Origin: an uncultured Pseudomonadota bacterium
Lineage (GTDB): Bacteria > BMS3Abin14
DNA length: 27,148 nucleotides
NCBI GenBank assembly: GCA_964454175.1
Contig: CAYVSA010000027.1
Span: 1-27,148, forward strand
Reading direction: 5' to 3'
The notes beneath the pieces are model-generated. The model made no database searches and was not told the DNA's origin. It saw nothing but the letters and a program-made list of their open reading frames with translations. A program made the position numbers and the translations under genes. This document shows positions 8,436 to 18,577 of the stretch, one piece after another. The stretch's first letter is position 1; each line of letters opens with the position of its first letter.

Positions 8436-8786
8436 ATGAGCAAAAAGAAGTATTGTGAAAAGTTCAATGTTCCGGAGAACCTCCAGGTTCCGATGGGCGC
8501 CTGCATCAAGGCCCCTGTCAAGGAACAGAGGATGATGATAACCGGAAACTGGAGAACTGTGCGTCCCGTTATCGACCACGAGAAATGCACGCTTTGCCTG
8601 AACTGCTTCATCTACTGTCCCGACGGCAGCTGGCACCTTGACGAGAAGGAAGAGCGAATGGTCTGGAACGCAGATTTCTGCAAGGGCTGCCGTATTTGCA
8701 TTAATGAATGCACAGTTGACGCTCTTTCAGGTGTTGACGAACTGGAGTTCAAGGGCGGCGTTGTCCGGCTGGATGTCCCATTTTAA
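8436..8786 (+). CDS. oorD: Oxidoreductase delta subunit, 2x[4Fe-4S] ferredoxin domain
   Basis: TGNWRTVRPVID, CTLCLNCFIYCP, CKGCRICINEC. SD AAGGAG (8424-8429) favours ATG 8436 over 8430. Confidence 0.88.
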   Translation: MSKKKYCEKFNVPENLQVPMGACIKAPVKEQRMMITGNWRTVRPVIDHEKCTLCLNCFIYCPDGSWHLDEKEERMVWNADFCKGCRICINECTVDALSGVDELEFKGGVVRLDVPF

Positions 8787-8804
8787 TTTAGGAGGGCTAC
8801 GAAA

Positions 8805-9998
8805 ATGGCGAAAGAAATGTTTTTGGCCGGCTGTTCCGCTGCAGCGTATGGAGCGAAGCTGGCACGAGTGGAAGTTATATGTTCATACCCCATCCGTCCT
8901 TACACAGGCATCATGATGGAGCTCTCCAAGCTGGTCGCTAACGGGGAACTTGATGCTGAGTTCGTTCATGGCGAGGGAGAGCATGCACAGGTTTCAGTGA
9001 CCTACGCTGCCTCCGCCGCTGGTGCAAGGGCTTTCACAGGCAGCTCCGGTGTAGGCGTGGCCTATGCCATGGAGTGCTACTCCCCGGCCGCAGGCGGACG
9101 CCTGCCCTGTCAGATGTCCATCGCTGACCGTGCACTCGATCCTCCGGGAGACTTTGGGTCGGAGCACACTGACGCTATGAGCATCCGTGACCAGGGATGG
9201 ATCATGGGCTGGGCCGAGACGCCCCAGGAAGTCCTGGACAACACCATCCTGTACTACAGGATAGGTGAGGACCACAGGGTTCTGCTGCCCCAGTTCTGCT
9301 GCCAGGACGGATACTTTGTATCCCACATCCCTGACAAGGTTATCATGCCAGAACAGTCCCAGGTGGATGAGTTCCTCCCACCCTACACGCATCCCCATCC
9401 CCTGGATCCAACAAGGCCCATCTCACATGGTCCGCAGATCTTCCCCGACCAGGGCCCTGCGATCGACCTTCAGAGAGCACAGGCAATGGTGGATACACCA
9501 CCGGTTATCGCTGAGATAGTCGGCGAGTTCAACGAAGTGTTTGGGCGCGACTACAGCCCCTTCCTGGACGAGTATAGAACTGACGACGCTGATTTTGTCT
9601 TCTTCATCCAGGGTGGACATGCAAGGACAGCCCGCTACGCAGTGAACCACCTGCGCGACAGGGGCATCAAGGCCGGTTTGGTCAAGCTGCGGTTTGTGAG
9701 GCCATTTCCAACAGAAGCCGTTGCTGAGACCCTCTCCAAGTTCAAGGCTGTCGGTACTATCGAGACCAGCACATCTTACGGTGGAGCCATGAAGGGTGGA
9801 AACCTCATCCATGAGGTTCGCTCTTCCCTTTACGACGTTCCAAATCCACCAGTAGTTACCTCTTTCATGGCCGGTCTGGGTGGAGAGGTTGTCTCCCTTG
9901 AGGAGTTCTACAGCATGGCAAAGGTCCTCTCCGAAGCCGCAAAGAAGGGTTCGGCTGACCAGTATGTCTACTGGCTGAACTTCGACAATGGAGTGTAA
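8805..9998 (+). CDS. oorA: Oxalate oxidoreductase-like alpha subunit
   Basis: SYPIRPYT (Arg31, where PFOR has YPITP), GEGEH (Glu59), DRALDPPGDFG (Arg109, Asp116) and GPQ (Gln211). Numbering is identical to the Moorella OOR alpha chain as recalled. Confidence 0.88.
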   Translation: MAKEMFLAGCSAAAYGAKLARVEVICSYPIRPYTGIMMELSKLVANGELDAEFVHGEGEHAQVSVTYAASAAGARAFTGSSGVGVAYAMECYSPAAGGRLPCQMSIADRALDPPGDFGSEHTDAMSIRDQGWIMGWAETPQEVLDNTILYYRIGEDHRVLLPQFCCQDGYFVSHIPDKVIMPEQSQVDEFLPPYTHPHPLDPTRPISHGPQIFPDQGPAIDLQRAQAMVDTPPVIAEIVGEFNEVFGRDYSPFLDEYRTDDADFVFFIQGGHARTARYAVNHLRDRGIKAGLVKLRFVRPFPTEAVAETLSKFKAVGTIETSTSYGGAMKGGNLIHEVRSSLYDVPNPPVVTSFMAGLGGEVVSLEEFYSMAKVLSEAAKKGSADQYVYWLNFDNGV

Positions 9999-11045
<1,047 letters not shown>

Positions 11046-11100
11046 TCAGGGTTTGAGGGATTAATCATCCTGGATCTACTCATCTTGTAAAGCGTCAGAA

Positions 11101-11132
11101 AGCAGGCCCGAGCTGAAGTGCCCGGGCCTGCT
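11101..11132. other. GC-rich hairpin between oorB and tctC
   Basis: AGCAGGCCCG/CGGGCCTGCT perfect 10-bp arms with no U tract. Confidence 0.5.
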
Positions 11133-11307
11133 CGCTGGCCAGCACGGCTTATATACTTCGTGAATTTCAAGAAGGCCGTGTGTTAGAATCTCGTAATTGC
11201 CGAGGGGGCAAAATCGGTTCCATCTATGAAAAGGAGGTGACGGTTTAAAGGTGGATAAATGAGGGGGGAAAACGATTTGCAGTTTTACTGCAAGGAGGGA
11301 TTAGACC

Positions 11308-12285
11308 ATGAGAACAATGAGATCACATTTTTCCATTTTGCTTGTGACGATACTTGTCGTAGCAAGCGTGTTTCTCTTCGGAGAAATTGCCGAGGCATGG
11401 CCCCAGAGGCCTATTGAGTTCGTCATCTCTGCAGGCGTCGGAGGTGGTGCTGACAAGTATGCCCGGTTCCTTACAGGGATCAACGTAAAGCAGAAGTACG
11501 TCGACGAGGCGATTCTTCCCGTAAACAAGCCCGGCGGCGCAGGCGCAGTGGCCATGAACTACGTCCTCTCCCAGAGGGGAAACGGCCACATGATGCTGAT
11601 CACCCTGAACAGCTTCCTCACCACACCGCTGTTCCAGAACCTTCCGTTTACATTCCGCAATTTCACACCAATTGCTCTTCTGGCCCTGGACAACTTCCCG
11701 CTGTGGGTACATAAAGACGCCAAGTGGAAGACCATCCAGGAGTTCATTGCCGATGCCAAGACCCGGAACATCCTCGTTGGTGGAACGGGTTCAAAGCAGG
11801 AAGACGAGATCGTCTGGAGAGCGATTGAGAAGATCGCTGGTACAAAGAAGTTCAAGTACGTGCCGTTCAAGGGCGGCGGTGCTGTTGCCAAGGCCCTCGT
11901 GGGTAAGCACATTGAGGCTTCCGTGAACCAGGTCAGTGAGGCCGGGGGCTTTTTCCCCGAGTTCGTAAGGCCGCTGGTAGTCTTCCAGGACGATCACCTG
12001 GACGTTGCGGGCCTCGAAAATGTCCCCACAGGCAAGGAGAGCGGTATCGACTTCAGCTACAACATGATGAGAGCAATATTCGCTCCCCCCGGTATCTCCA
12101 AGGACGCCAAGAAGGGGCTGGTCGGTCTCTTTAAGGATATTTCCAAGGATGCCGAGTGGCTGAAGTTCGCCTCGGACAAGGGTCTTAAGGCTACCTTCAT
12201 GACAGGCGACAAGCTCATGAAGTTCGCTGAGGACTTCGAGGCAGTTCACAAGGACATCATGAAGAAGCAGGGTTGGATCAAATAA
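11308..12285 (+). CDS. tctC: Tripartite tricarboxylate transporter substrate-binding protein
   Basis: Signal peptide ending AEA/WPQRPIEF, GGGADKYAR, VNKPGGAG, YVPFKGGG, RAIFAPPG (Bug/TctC motifs). Confidence 0.93.
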   Translation: MRTMRSHFSILLVTILVVASVFLFGEIAEAWPQRPIEFVISAGVGGGADKYARFLTGINVKQKYVDEAILPVNKPGGAGAVAMNYVLSQRGNGHMMLITLNSFLTTPLFQNLPFTFRNFTPIALLALDNFPLWVHKDAKWKTIQEFIADAKTRNILVGGTGSKQEDEIVWRAIEKIAGTKKFKYVPFKGGGAVAKALVGKHIEASVNQVSEAGGFFPEFVRPLVVFQDDHLDVAGLENVPTGKESGIDFSYNMMRAIFAPPGISKDAKKGLVGLFKDISKDAEWLKFASDKGLKATFMTGDKLMKFAEDFEAVHKDIMKKQGWIK

Positions 12286-12324
12286 CTTCAGAGGAGTGAA
12301 CAGCACCTCAGAAACGTGATTCGT

Positions 12325-12357
12325 GGTTGTGAGGGCCGATGATCGGCCCTCACAACC
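12325..12357. other. Perfect 16-bp inverted repeat between tctC and tctB
   Basis: GGTTGTGAGGGCCGAT-g-ATCGGCCCTCACAACC. Confidence 0.75.
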
Positions 12358-12383
12358 TGATAGATCACCCTGGGAGGTCTAAA

Positions 12384-12854
12384 TTGAAAAAAGGTGAGTT
12401 AATTACAGCGGTAGTTTCCATAGTCATATCGCTTATAGCCATTATCGAAGCAGTTCGACTTGGTTTCGGATGGGAAACTGACGGGCCTCAGGCTGGCTTT
12501 GCCCTCTTCTGGCTGGCTATGATGATGTTTGTATGCTCGGCCGGGCTCCTTGCCCTGGCTGTGAGATCAAAGGATGAAGAGGAGTTCTTTGTGAGCAGGG
12601 AAGGAAAGATGGAGGCCATTCGAATAGCCTTCACTTCCGTGCTGGTGACAATCGGGATCATTTTCATGGGAGTCTACATCTCCACGTTGGTCTACTGCGC
12701 CCTGTTTTCCCGCTGGCTTGGAAAACATAGATGGCCAGCAGTAATAGCGTTTTCCATCATCACTACTCTTGCCATTTTCTTCGGGATGGAGAAGGGGCTG
12801 AAGATCCCCCTGCCCAAGAGTATGTTCTACAATAAAGGATTGTTTTGGTTTTAG
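12384..12854 (+). CDS. tctB: TTT small permease subunit
   Basis: 4-5 hydrophobic segments, GWETDGPQAG, C-terminal LKIPLPK. TTG start at 12384 follows SD GGGAGG; the ORF-track start 12339 lies inside the hairpin. Confidence 0.88.
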   Translation: MKKGELITAVVSIVISLIAIIEAVRLGFGWETDGPQAGFALFWLAMMMFVCSAGLLALAVRSKDEEEFFVSREGKMEAIRIAFTSVLVTIGIIFMGVYISTLVYCALFSRWLGKHRWPAVIAFSIITTLAIFFGMEKGLKIPLPKSMFYNKGLFWF

Positions 12855-13088
12855 CGGGAGTTACGAGTCCAACCCTGCCGCCCTCAGGGCGCTGCGGGAC
12901 TGTTGCCAGAACGATTCAACGGTATCAGATCTTTTGATAAAAAGAGCCTCCGGCTCGCTCTTTAGGAATTCAAAGTGTTAAATAATTCGGGTTTTTGGCC
13001 CCGACTTGACCGTTGATAACTTCAACAGCGAAGGCTTGTAAAATGGATTTTCACGGCTTTAGTAAAGACATCGTATCGGGAGGTATTA

Positions 13089-14612
13089 ATGGAAACTCTA
13101 GCTAACCTGATGGTCGGTTTCGGGGTTGCGATGCAGCCTATGTCAGTGATTATGATGACCCTGGGGCTGTTTCTGGGACTTGCGATAGGTGTTCTCCCAG
13201 GACTCGGCGGTACCGCCGGCGTTGCCCTGCTGCTGCCCCTGACCGTTCTAGTTCCCAAGGAAGTTGCCATCATCTTTCTTGCTGCCATCTACTGGGGAGC
13301 TCTTTATGGAGGGGTTATTACTTCAATACTTTTTGCTATCCCCGGCGAACCATGGTCAGTTGCACTTATTTTTGATGGTTATCCCATGGCGAAAAAAGGT
13401 CAGGCTGGTCTTGCCCTGTCTGTGGCATTCCTGTCCTCCTTTGTCGGCATCATGGTCGCTGCGGTATTCTTTGTGGCCTTTGCAATGCCACTTGCTCTTT
13501 TCGCCCTGAGATTCGGTCCTCCGGAAATGTTTGCCATCATGATGCTCGCTTTCAGCACATTTGTTGGCCTGGGCACCGGTGGTGCATTAAAGACCCTGGT
13601 CAGCACATCCTTCGGGCTCATCCTCACTATGGCAGGCCTGGACGTAGTTACCGGTCAACCCAGGTTGACCTTCGGAACATTTGCCTTTATGTCCGGATAT
13701 CACTTTGTTCCGGTAACCATCGGCCTTTTCGGGATCGGCGAGATCATGATCGATGGTGAGGAACGGTTCAGCACCCAGATCAAGGAAGTCATTCAGGCCA
13801 AGGTGGGAATGCAGGACATCTGGCAGGGTATGAGGGAGATCAAGAAACATTTACCCCTGACCCTTTTCAGCGCATTTATGGGTTTTTTCGTGGGCATCCT
13901 GCCAGGAACTGGGGCCACACCGGCTTCCTTCCTTGGCTACGGTATTGCCAAACAGTACTCCAAACATCCTGAAAAATACGGAGAGGGTTGTATCGAAGGT
14001 ATTCTGGCGCCGCAGGCCGCGGCGAACTCCGCCGGAACAGGCGCCCTTCTTCCCATGATCTCCCTGGGAATTCCCGGTTCCCCCACGGCGGCCGTTCTTC
14101 TGGCCGGTTTATACATGTGGGGGCTCTGGCCTGGACCGAGGCTGTTTCTTGAAGAGCCGGTTTTTGTATGGGGCCTGATCGCCAGCCTGTTTTTAGCTGG
14201 TTTCGTGTGCCTTATCATCTGTCTTTTCGGGACGCCACTTCTTGCGTCCATCATGAAGGTACCGTGGGGGCTTCTCACGCCCATCATCGTCATTGCATGT
14301 TTCGTGGGAAGTTACGTTATGCGAAACCTGATGTTCGACGTCTGGTGCACTCTGATTTTCGGCCTGGTTGGATACTTCATGAAGAAGTTAAAATACCCTC
14401 TGGCCCCACTTGCAGTGGCCCTTGTACTTGGTGAAATGACGGAGAGGTTCCTCAGACAGGCACTGATCATCGGTGACGGTTCATTTTCCATATTCTTCAC
14501 GAGGCCTTTGTCGGCAATTTTCATGGTTATCGCCATTTTGCTTTTCGCTCTGCCGGCGTTCAAGCTGATAAAGGACAAGATGAAGGATAGTGGAGCCGAA
14601 GCCCAGGCGTGA
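13089..14612 (+). CDS. tctA: TTT large permease subunit
   Basis: GVLPGLGG, YGGVITSILFAIPGE, DGYPMA, GILPGTGAT, LGIPGSPTAAVLL, LWPGP, FFTRPLS. Confidence 0.95.
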   Translation: METLANLMVGFGVAMQPMSVIMMTLGLFLGLAIGVLPGLGGTAGVALLLPLTVLVPKEVAIIFLAAIYWGALYGGVITSILFAIPGEPWSVALIFDGYPMAKKGQAGLALSVAFLSSFVGIMVAAVFFVAFAMPLALFALRFGPPEMFAIMMLAFSTFVGLGTGGALKTLVSTSFGLILTMAGLDVVTGQPRLTFGTFAFMSGYHFVPVTIGLFGIGEIMIDGEERFSTQIKEVIQAKVGMQDIWQGMREIKKHLPLTLFSAFMGFFVGILPGTGATPASFLGYGIAKQYSKHPEKYGEGCIEGILAPQAAANSAGTGALLPMISLGIPGSPTAAVLLAGLYMWGLWPGPRLFLEEPVFVWGLIASLFLAGFVCLIICLFGTPLLASIMKVPWGLLTPIIVIACFVGSYVMRNLMFDVWCTLIFGLVGYFMKKLKYPLAPLAVALVLGEMTERFLRQALIIGDGSFSIFFTRPLSAIFMVIAILLFALPAFKLIKDKMKDSGAEAQA

Positions 14613-15053
14613 TCCTGATTTACCTTTACGGGTTAAGGGATACAGATATTTATTGTACACGGTAAAGTTAATGAAGTTGAACCGATATGGAACGAGGTGG
14701 AAAAAGCATCATGGCAGATCACAAATTGTTTTCTCAACTCAGTTGGATGGCAAATGCCACCTTGAACCATAATGAAATTTCCGGCACAGAGGGGCGGCCA
14801 GACGGTTCGCCAGTGACAGGCATACAGTGCCGCCCCTCATTTTCTCACTGATAGATCTCATGAGTCCTGCAAAAACAATCCCTGTGACAGGTGGACCGGG
14901 TCCGTGGCAGTAAAAAGGCCTGAAAAAGGCAACCTCAAGCTGCCGGAAGGCCATGGATCAATTATGCTGAGATCTGCCAGGTTCGAATCGCAATACAAAT
15001 AGGGGCTGGGAGCCCGATCAACCTCATTTGCACTCCAAGGGAGGGGAGCACCG

Positions 15054-16397
15054 ATGGAACCAACTCAGATAGTCACAGCTGTAATTTTCGCTATCACCAT
15101 ACTTTTTATCATCATCAGGAAAATTGACAGCGTCGTTGCAGCTCTCCTGGGAGTGGCAGCGATGGTTGTCGCGGGAAGCATGACCGAGGTCCAGGCTTTC
15201 ACATTTGTGGACTGGGATGTCATCATGATCCTGATAAGCGTGTGGCTCATTGCCGGTTATTTTGGAAAGACGGGGATCCCGGAGTACATGGCGGACAGGA
15301 CCCTTCGCTTCTCGAAAGGCAATATTGCTCTATTCGTTACACTGATCGGGTTCCTTGCAGGGATCATCTCCATGTTCATCGACAACGTGGTAGTCGTCCT
15401 TATGCTGGCACCCATTATTTTTCATATCCGTAAGCTCTATGGTTTCTCCGCAACAGGTCCGATCCTTTTTATCGGGCTGTGTTCCAACTTCATGGGAACC
15501 GCCCTTCTGCTGGGTGATCTGCCTCCCCAGATGCTCCACAGCGTTTCGGGCATCGAGTTCGCCGGGTTCATATGGCACTCTGGACGGCCATCATCACTGC
15601 TCATACTGACTGCAACGTATATAGTCGTCTGCCTGTTCTTCTATTTCAAGTTCCTCAAATCGCCCCTTTCGGCATGTGTGCTCGATGAGGCGGCGGCCCA
15701 TGAAGCGGCCCAGCAGACTCAGGGCCACATAAAAGACAAACGGGTCGCCATCATCGCAGTGGGAGGGTTCCTGCTAACTATTCTGGGCATGTCCTTCAGA
15801 CAGGTGATCGGCATGAAACTGGGTTTCATCGCCTTTGCCGGTGCCCTTCTGCTGGTCCTGGCCTTTGAGATCCTCAGGGAACCGCTGGGCCTCGAAATAC
15901 CCGACCTTGAACACATGCTTCAGGAAATTGAGTGGTCAGCCATCGGTTTTTACGTGGCTCTTTTCGCCCTGGTGGGAGGACTGGAGCACACCCACATCCT
16001 CGAGATAGTCGCTAACTGGCTCATACCTTTTATTAAACATGGACTGTTGACCGGTACGTCGGTCCTTTACTGGGTTACAGCTCCGATAGTTGGGATCGTG
16101 GAACATGATGCATACATCCTGACGATCCTGTATGTTATCCGGGACCTGGGTCACTCGCAGGCTCTGAACACGTGGCCCTATTACTGGGCGCTTGTCTGGG
16201 CAGGTACACTGGGAAGCAACCTGACCATAGCGGGTGCGCCCGCTCTGTACGTTGCCCTGTCCATGGGTGAGAAGGAAGACGGCGAAAAATTCTCCCTGAA
16301 GGAGTTCTTCTCCTACACGGTGCCTTATGTCATAATTTCACTGGTTGTGTGTTACGCACTCCTTGTTCTTGTATGGGTGTTGCCCTTCACAAGGTAG
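15054..16397 (+). CDS. Ion-transporter superfamily (ArsB/NhaD/SLC13-like) anion permease
   Basis: About 11-12 TM helices; VDWDVI, SMFIDNV, SNFMGTALLLGDLPP, GTLGSNLTIAGAPA (IT-family repeat motifs). Confidence 0.85.
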   Translation: MEPTQIVTAVIFAITILFIIIRKIDSVVAALLGVAAMVVAGSMTEVQAFTFVDWDVIMILISVWLIAGYFGKTGIPEYMADRTLRFSKGNIALFVTLIGFLAGIISMFIDNVVVVLMLAPIIFHIRKLYGFSATGPILFIGLCSNFMGTALLLGDLPPQMLHSVSGIEFAGFIWHSGRPSSLLILTATYIVVCLFFYFKFLKSPLSACVLDEAAAHEAAQQTQGHIKDKRVAIIAVGGFLLTILGMSFRQVIGMKLGFIAFAGALLLVLAFEILREPLGLEIPDLEHMLQEIEWSAIGFYVALFALVGGLEHTHILEIVANWLIPFIKHGLLTGTSVLYWVTAPIVGIVEHDAYILTILYVIRDLGHSQALNTWPYYWALVWAGTLGSNLTIAGAPALYVALSMGEKEDGEKFSLKEFFSYTVPYVIISLVVCYALLVLVWVLPFTR

Positions 16398-16501
16398 CTG
16401 CAGCCCGGGTGTGATCTGCCCCGGGTTTGACCAGGGTCGTGTCCGGCACCAGTCATTGCGGGTCGCAAAGTAAGTACTGCTCCCGGACACGACCCCTACT
16501 G

Positions 16502-16534
16502 AAAACAATGGGCTTTGGCCCATTGTTTTTTTTT
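16502..16534 (+). terminator. Intrinsic terminator after the anion permease
   Basis: AAAACAATGGGC-tttg-GCCCATTGTTTT followed by further T residues. Confidence 0.85.
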
Positions 16535-16638
16535 ATGCCCGGAAATGGTCACATTCCTGGATCCAAGCTTTTTAAATGCTGACTTTTTCTCAGATCATAG
16601 ATTAGACTATTGGTAAAATCTGAAAAAGGGAGAAAGAG

Positions 16639-18429
16639 ATGGTATCAGAAAAAAACAAGGACATAATGGGCAGGCTTCTGGGTCACGGTTCGGTCGAATT
16701 TACCAGCAGGCCGGTGATCATGGGCACTAATGGAATGGCTACCAGTGGTCATTACCTTGCGAGCAGGATAGGTCTTAACATCCTTGAGCAGGGAGGCAAC
16801 GCGATCGATGCCGGGGTGGCGATGGGTTTTGCTCTGTCGGTTCTGGAACCTTTTATTTATGGAATTGGCGGTGAGGTTCCGATCCTTATCTACCTTGCAG
16901 CAGAAGGCAGGGTAGTGGCCCTTTCGGGACAGGGTCACGCTCCGGAACGGGCGACGATCAAATGGTTTACGGATAACGGCTACGATGCTGTGCCGGGGGA
17001 CGGACTTCCCGCAACAGCAGTCCCTGACGCTGTTTCCACCTGGATAACCGCGCTTTCCCGATTCGGGAGTATGTCCCTGGCCCAGGTCCTCGGACCATCC
17101 ATTGAACTGGCCTCAACCGGTTTCCCCATGTACGAACTGATGAAGATCGCCCTGGAAAGCTACGCCGGGTGGTTCAGAGAGTCGTGGCCCACATCCGCCG
17201 CCGCATACCTGCCGGAGGGCAGGACCCCCGAAGTAGGTGAGCTTTACATTCAGGAGGATCTGGCTGATTTTTTCGGCAGACTGACTGCCGCCGAGGCGAA
17301 GGCTGTCGGCAGAGGCAGGATCGGAGCCCTCGAGGCAGCACGCTCTGAGTTCTACAGCGGTGAGATAGCTGAACAGATCTTGAGGTTCTCTCAAAACAAC
17401 AGTTTGCCTGACAGCGCAGGAAGGCGACATAAAGGACTACTGAGGGAACAAGATCTGGGCGGTTATATTTCACGAATAGAGGATCCGGTTACCGTCAATT
17501 ACAGGGGACTGGACGTTTATAAGTGCGGACCATGGACACAGGGCCCTGTTTTCCTGCAGCAGCTCAGTATCCTGGAAGGTTACGACCTGGCTTCAATGGA
17601 GCACAACTCCCCGGAATATATTCACCTGGTAACGGAGTGTGCCAAACTGGCCTTCGCCGACAGGGAGCAGTATTATGGAGACCCTGATTTCGTTGATGTG
17701 CCGCTGGACATGCTGCTCTCAAAAGAGTATGCGGAAAAACGCAGGGAGTTGATCGATCCCGAAAGAGCATCAATGGAGCTTCGTCCTGGAGATACAGCAT
17801 CATTCAGGCCCCAACACAAGGAAACTGATCCCAGGGTATTTAGGGGCGACACCACCCACCTTGATGCAGTCGATCGATGGGGCAATATGATAGCAGCTAC
17901 ACCGAGTGGAGGATGGTTTGCCAGTTCCCCTGTAATTGAGGGCCTGGGATTTCCTCTGGGTTCAAGGATGCAGATGTTTTACCTTGATCCGAAACACGCC
18001 AACTCACTCGAACCAGGTAAACGGCCGCGCACGACTCTCACCCCGTCACTGGTGCTCCGTGACGGCAGACCATTTATGGTTTTTGGTACGCCGGGAGGCG
18101 ACCAGCAGGACCAGTGGACACTCCAGTTTTTCCTGAACTGTGTAGATTTCAATATGAACATGCAGGCTGCTGTGGATGCTCCAACATTCCACTCCAGCCA
18201 CTTCCCGGCTTCATTTTACCCACACAGTGCCAGCCCAGGCCGACTTACTGTAGAGGGAAGATTACCCGAAGCAACTATTTCAGCGTTGAGAAAAAAGGGT
18301 CACGATATCGAGGTTGCCGGTGATTGGAGCAATGGCAGGGTGCTCGGGATAAAGTACGATTCAGGGAGTGGTGTCATGAGCGGAGTGGCAACGGCACGGA
18401 TGGAGACGGGTTATGCAATGGGGTGGTAG
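16639..18429 (+). CDS. ggt: Gamma-glutamyltransferase-family Ntn hydrolase (substrate unknown)
   Basis: GGNAIDAGVA, VLEPFIYGIGGE, KLAFADREQYYGDP, autoprocessing site GD|TTHLDAVDRWGN, PGKRPRTTLTP, FGTPGGDQQ. Confidence 0.9.
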   Translation: MVSEKNKDIMGRLLGHGSVEFTSRPVIMGTNGMATSGHYLASRIGLNILEQGGNAIDAGVAMGFALSVLEPFIYGIGGEVPILIYLAAEGRVVALSGQGHAPERATIKWFTDNGYDAVPGDGLPATAVPDAVSTWITALSRFGSMSLAQVLGPSIELASTGFPMYELMKIALESYAGWFRESWPTSAAAYLPEGRTPEVGELYIQEDLADFFGRLTAAEAKAVGRGRIGALEAARSEFYSGEIAEQILRFSQNNSLPDSAGRRHKGLLREQDLGGYISRIEDPVTVNYRGLDVYKCGPWTQGPVFLQQLSILEGYDLASMEHNSPEYIHLVTECAKLAFADREQYYGDPDFVDVPLDMLLSKEYAEKRRELIDPERASMELRPGDTASFRPQHKETDPRVFRGDTTHLDAVDRWGNMIAATPSGGWFASSPVIEGLGFPLGSRMQMFYLDPKHANSLEPGKRPRTTLTPSLVLRDGRPFMVFGTPGGDQQDQWTLQFFLNCVDFNMNMQAAVDAPTFHSSHFPASFYPHSASPGRLTVEGRLPEATISALRKKGHDIEVAGDWSNGRVLGIKYDSGSGVMSGVATARMETGYAMGW

Positions 18430-18546
18430 TGGACGACCAGTAAACTGAATAATGGTTCCGGCAATAACCCCTTTGCTCTGCAAGAGCCTTTGAGCGTCGC
18501 TTCAGGGGTTTTGCCGGAACCTTAAAGTTCAGTTCCTGGTCGTCCA
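18430..18546. repeat. 117-nt long imperfect inverted repeat (MITE-like or structured RNA)
   Basis: Nested arms TGGACGACCAG/CTGGTCGTCCA, AACTGAA/TTCAGTT, GGTTCCGGCAA/TTGCCGGAACC, AACCCCT/AGGGGTT. Confidence 0.75.
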
Positions 18547-18577
18547 GGAGTTTGGGTGTTGGTGATTTACGGTGATC

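Noticed and set aside
14785-14875. Fluoride riboswitch ahead of the anion permease
   Set aside because: Only fragments (GTTCGCC, TGAGTCCTGC) resemble the consensus; the 5' GGCGATGG element and the spacing do not fit.
18430-18546. SRP RNA, 6S RNA or tRNA identity for the long hairpin
   Set aside because: It lacks the SRP domain IV motif, a cloverleaf, and the size and central bubble expected of 6S.
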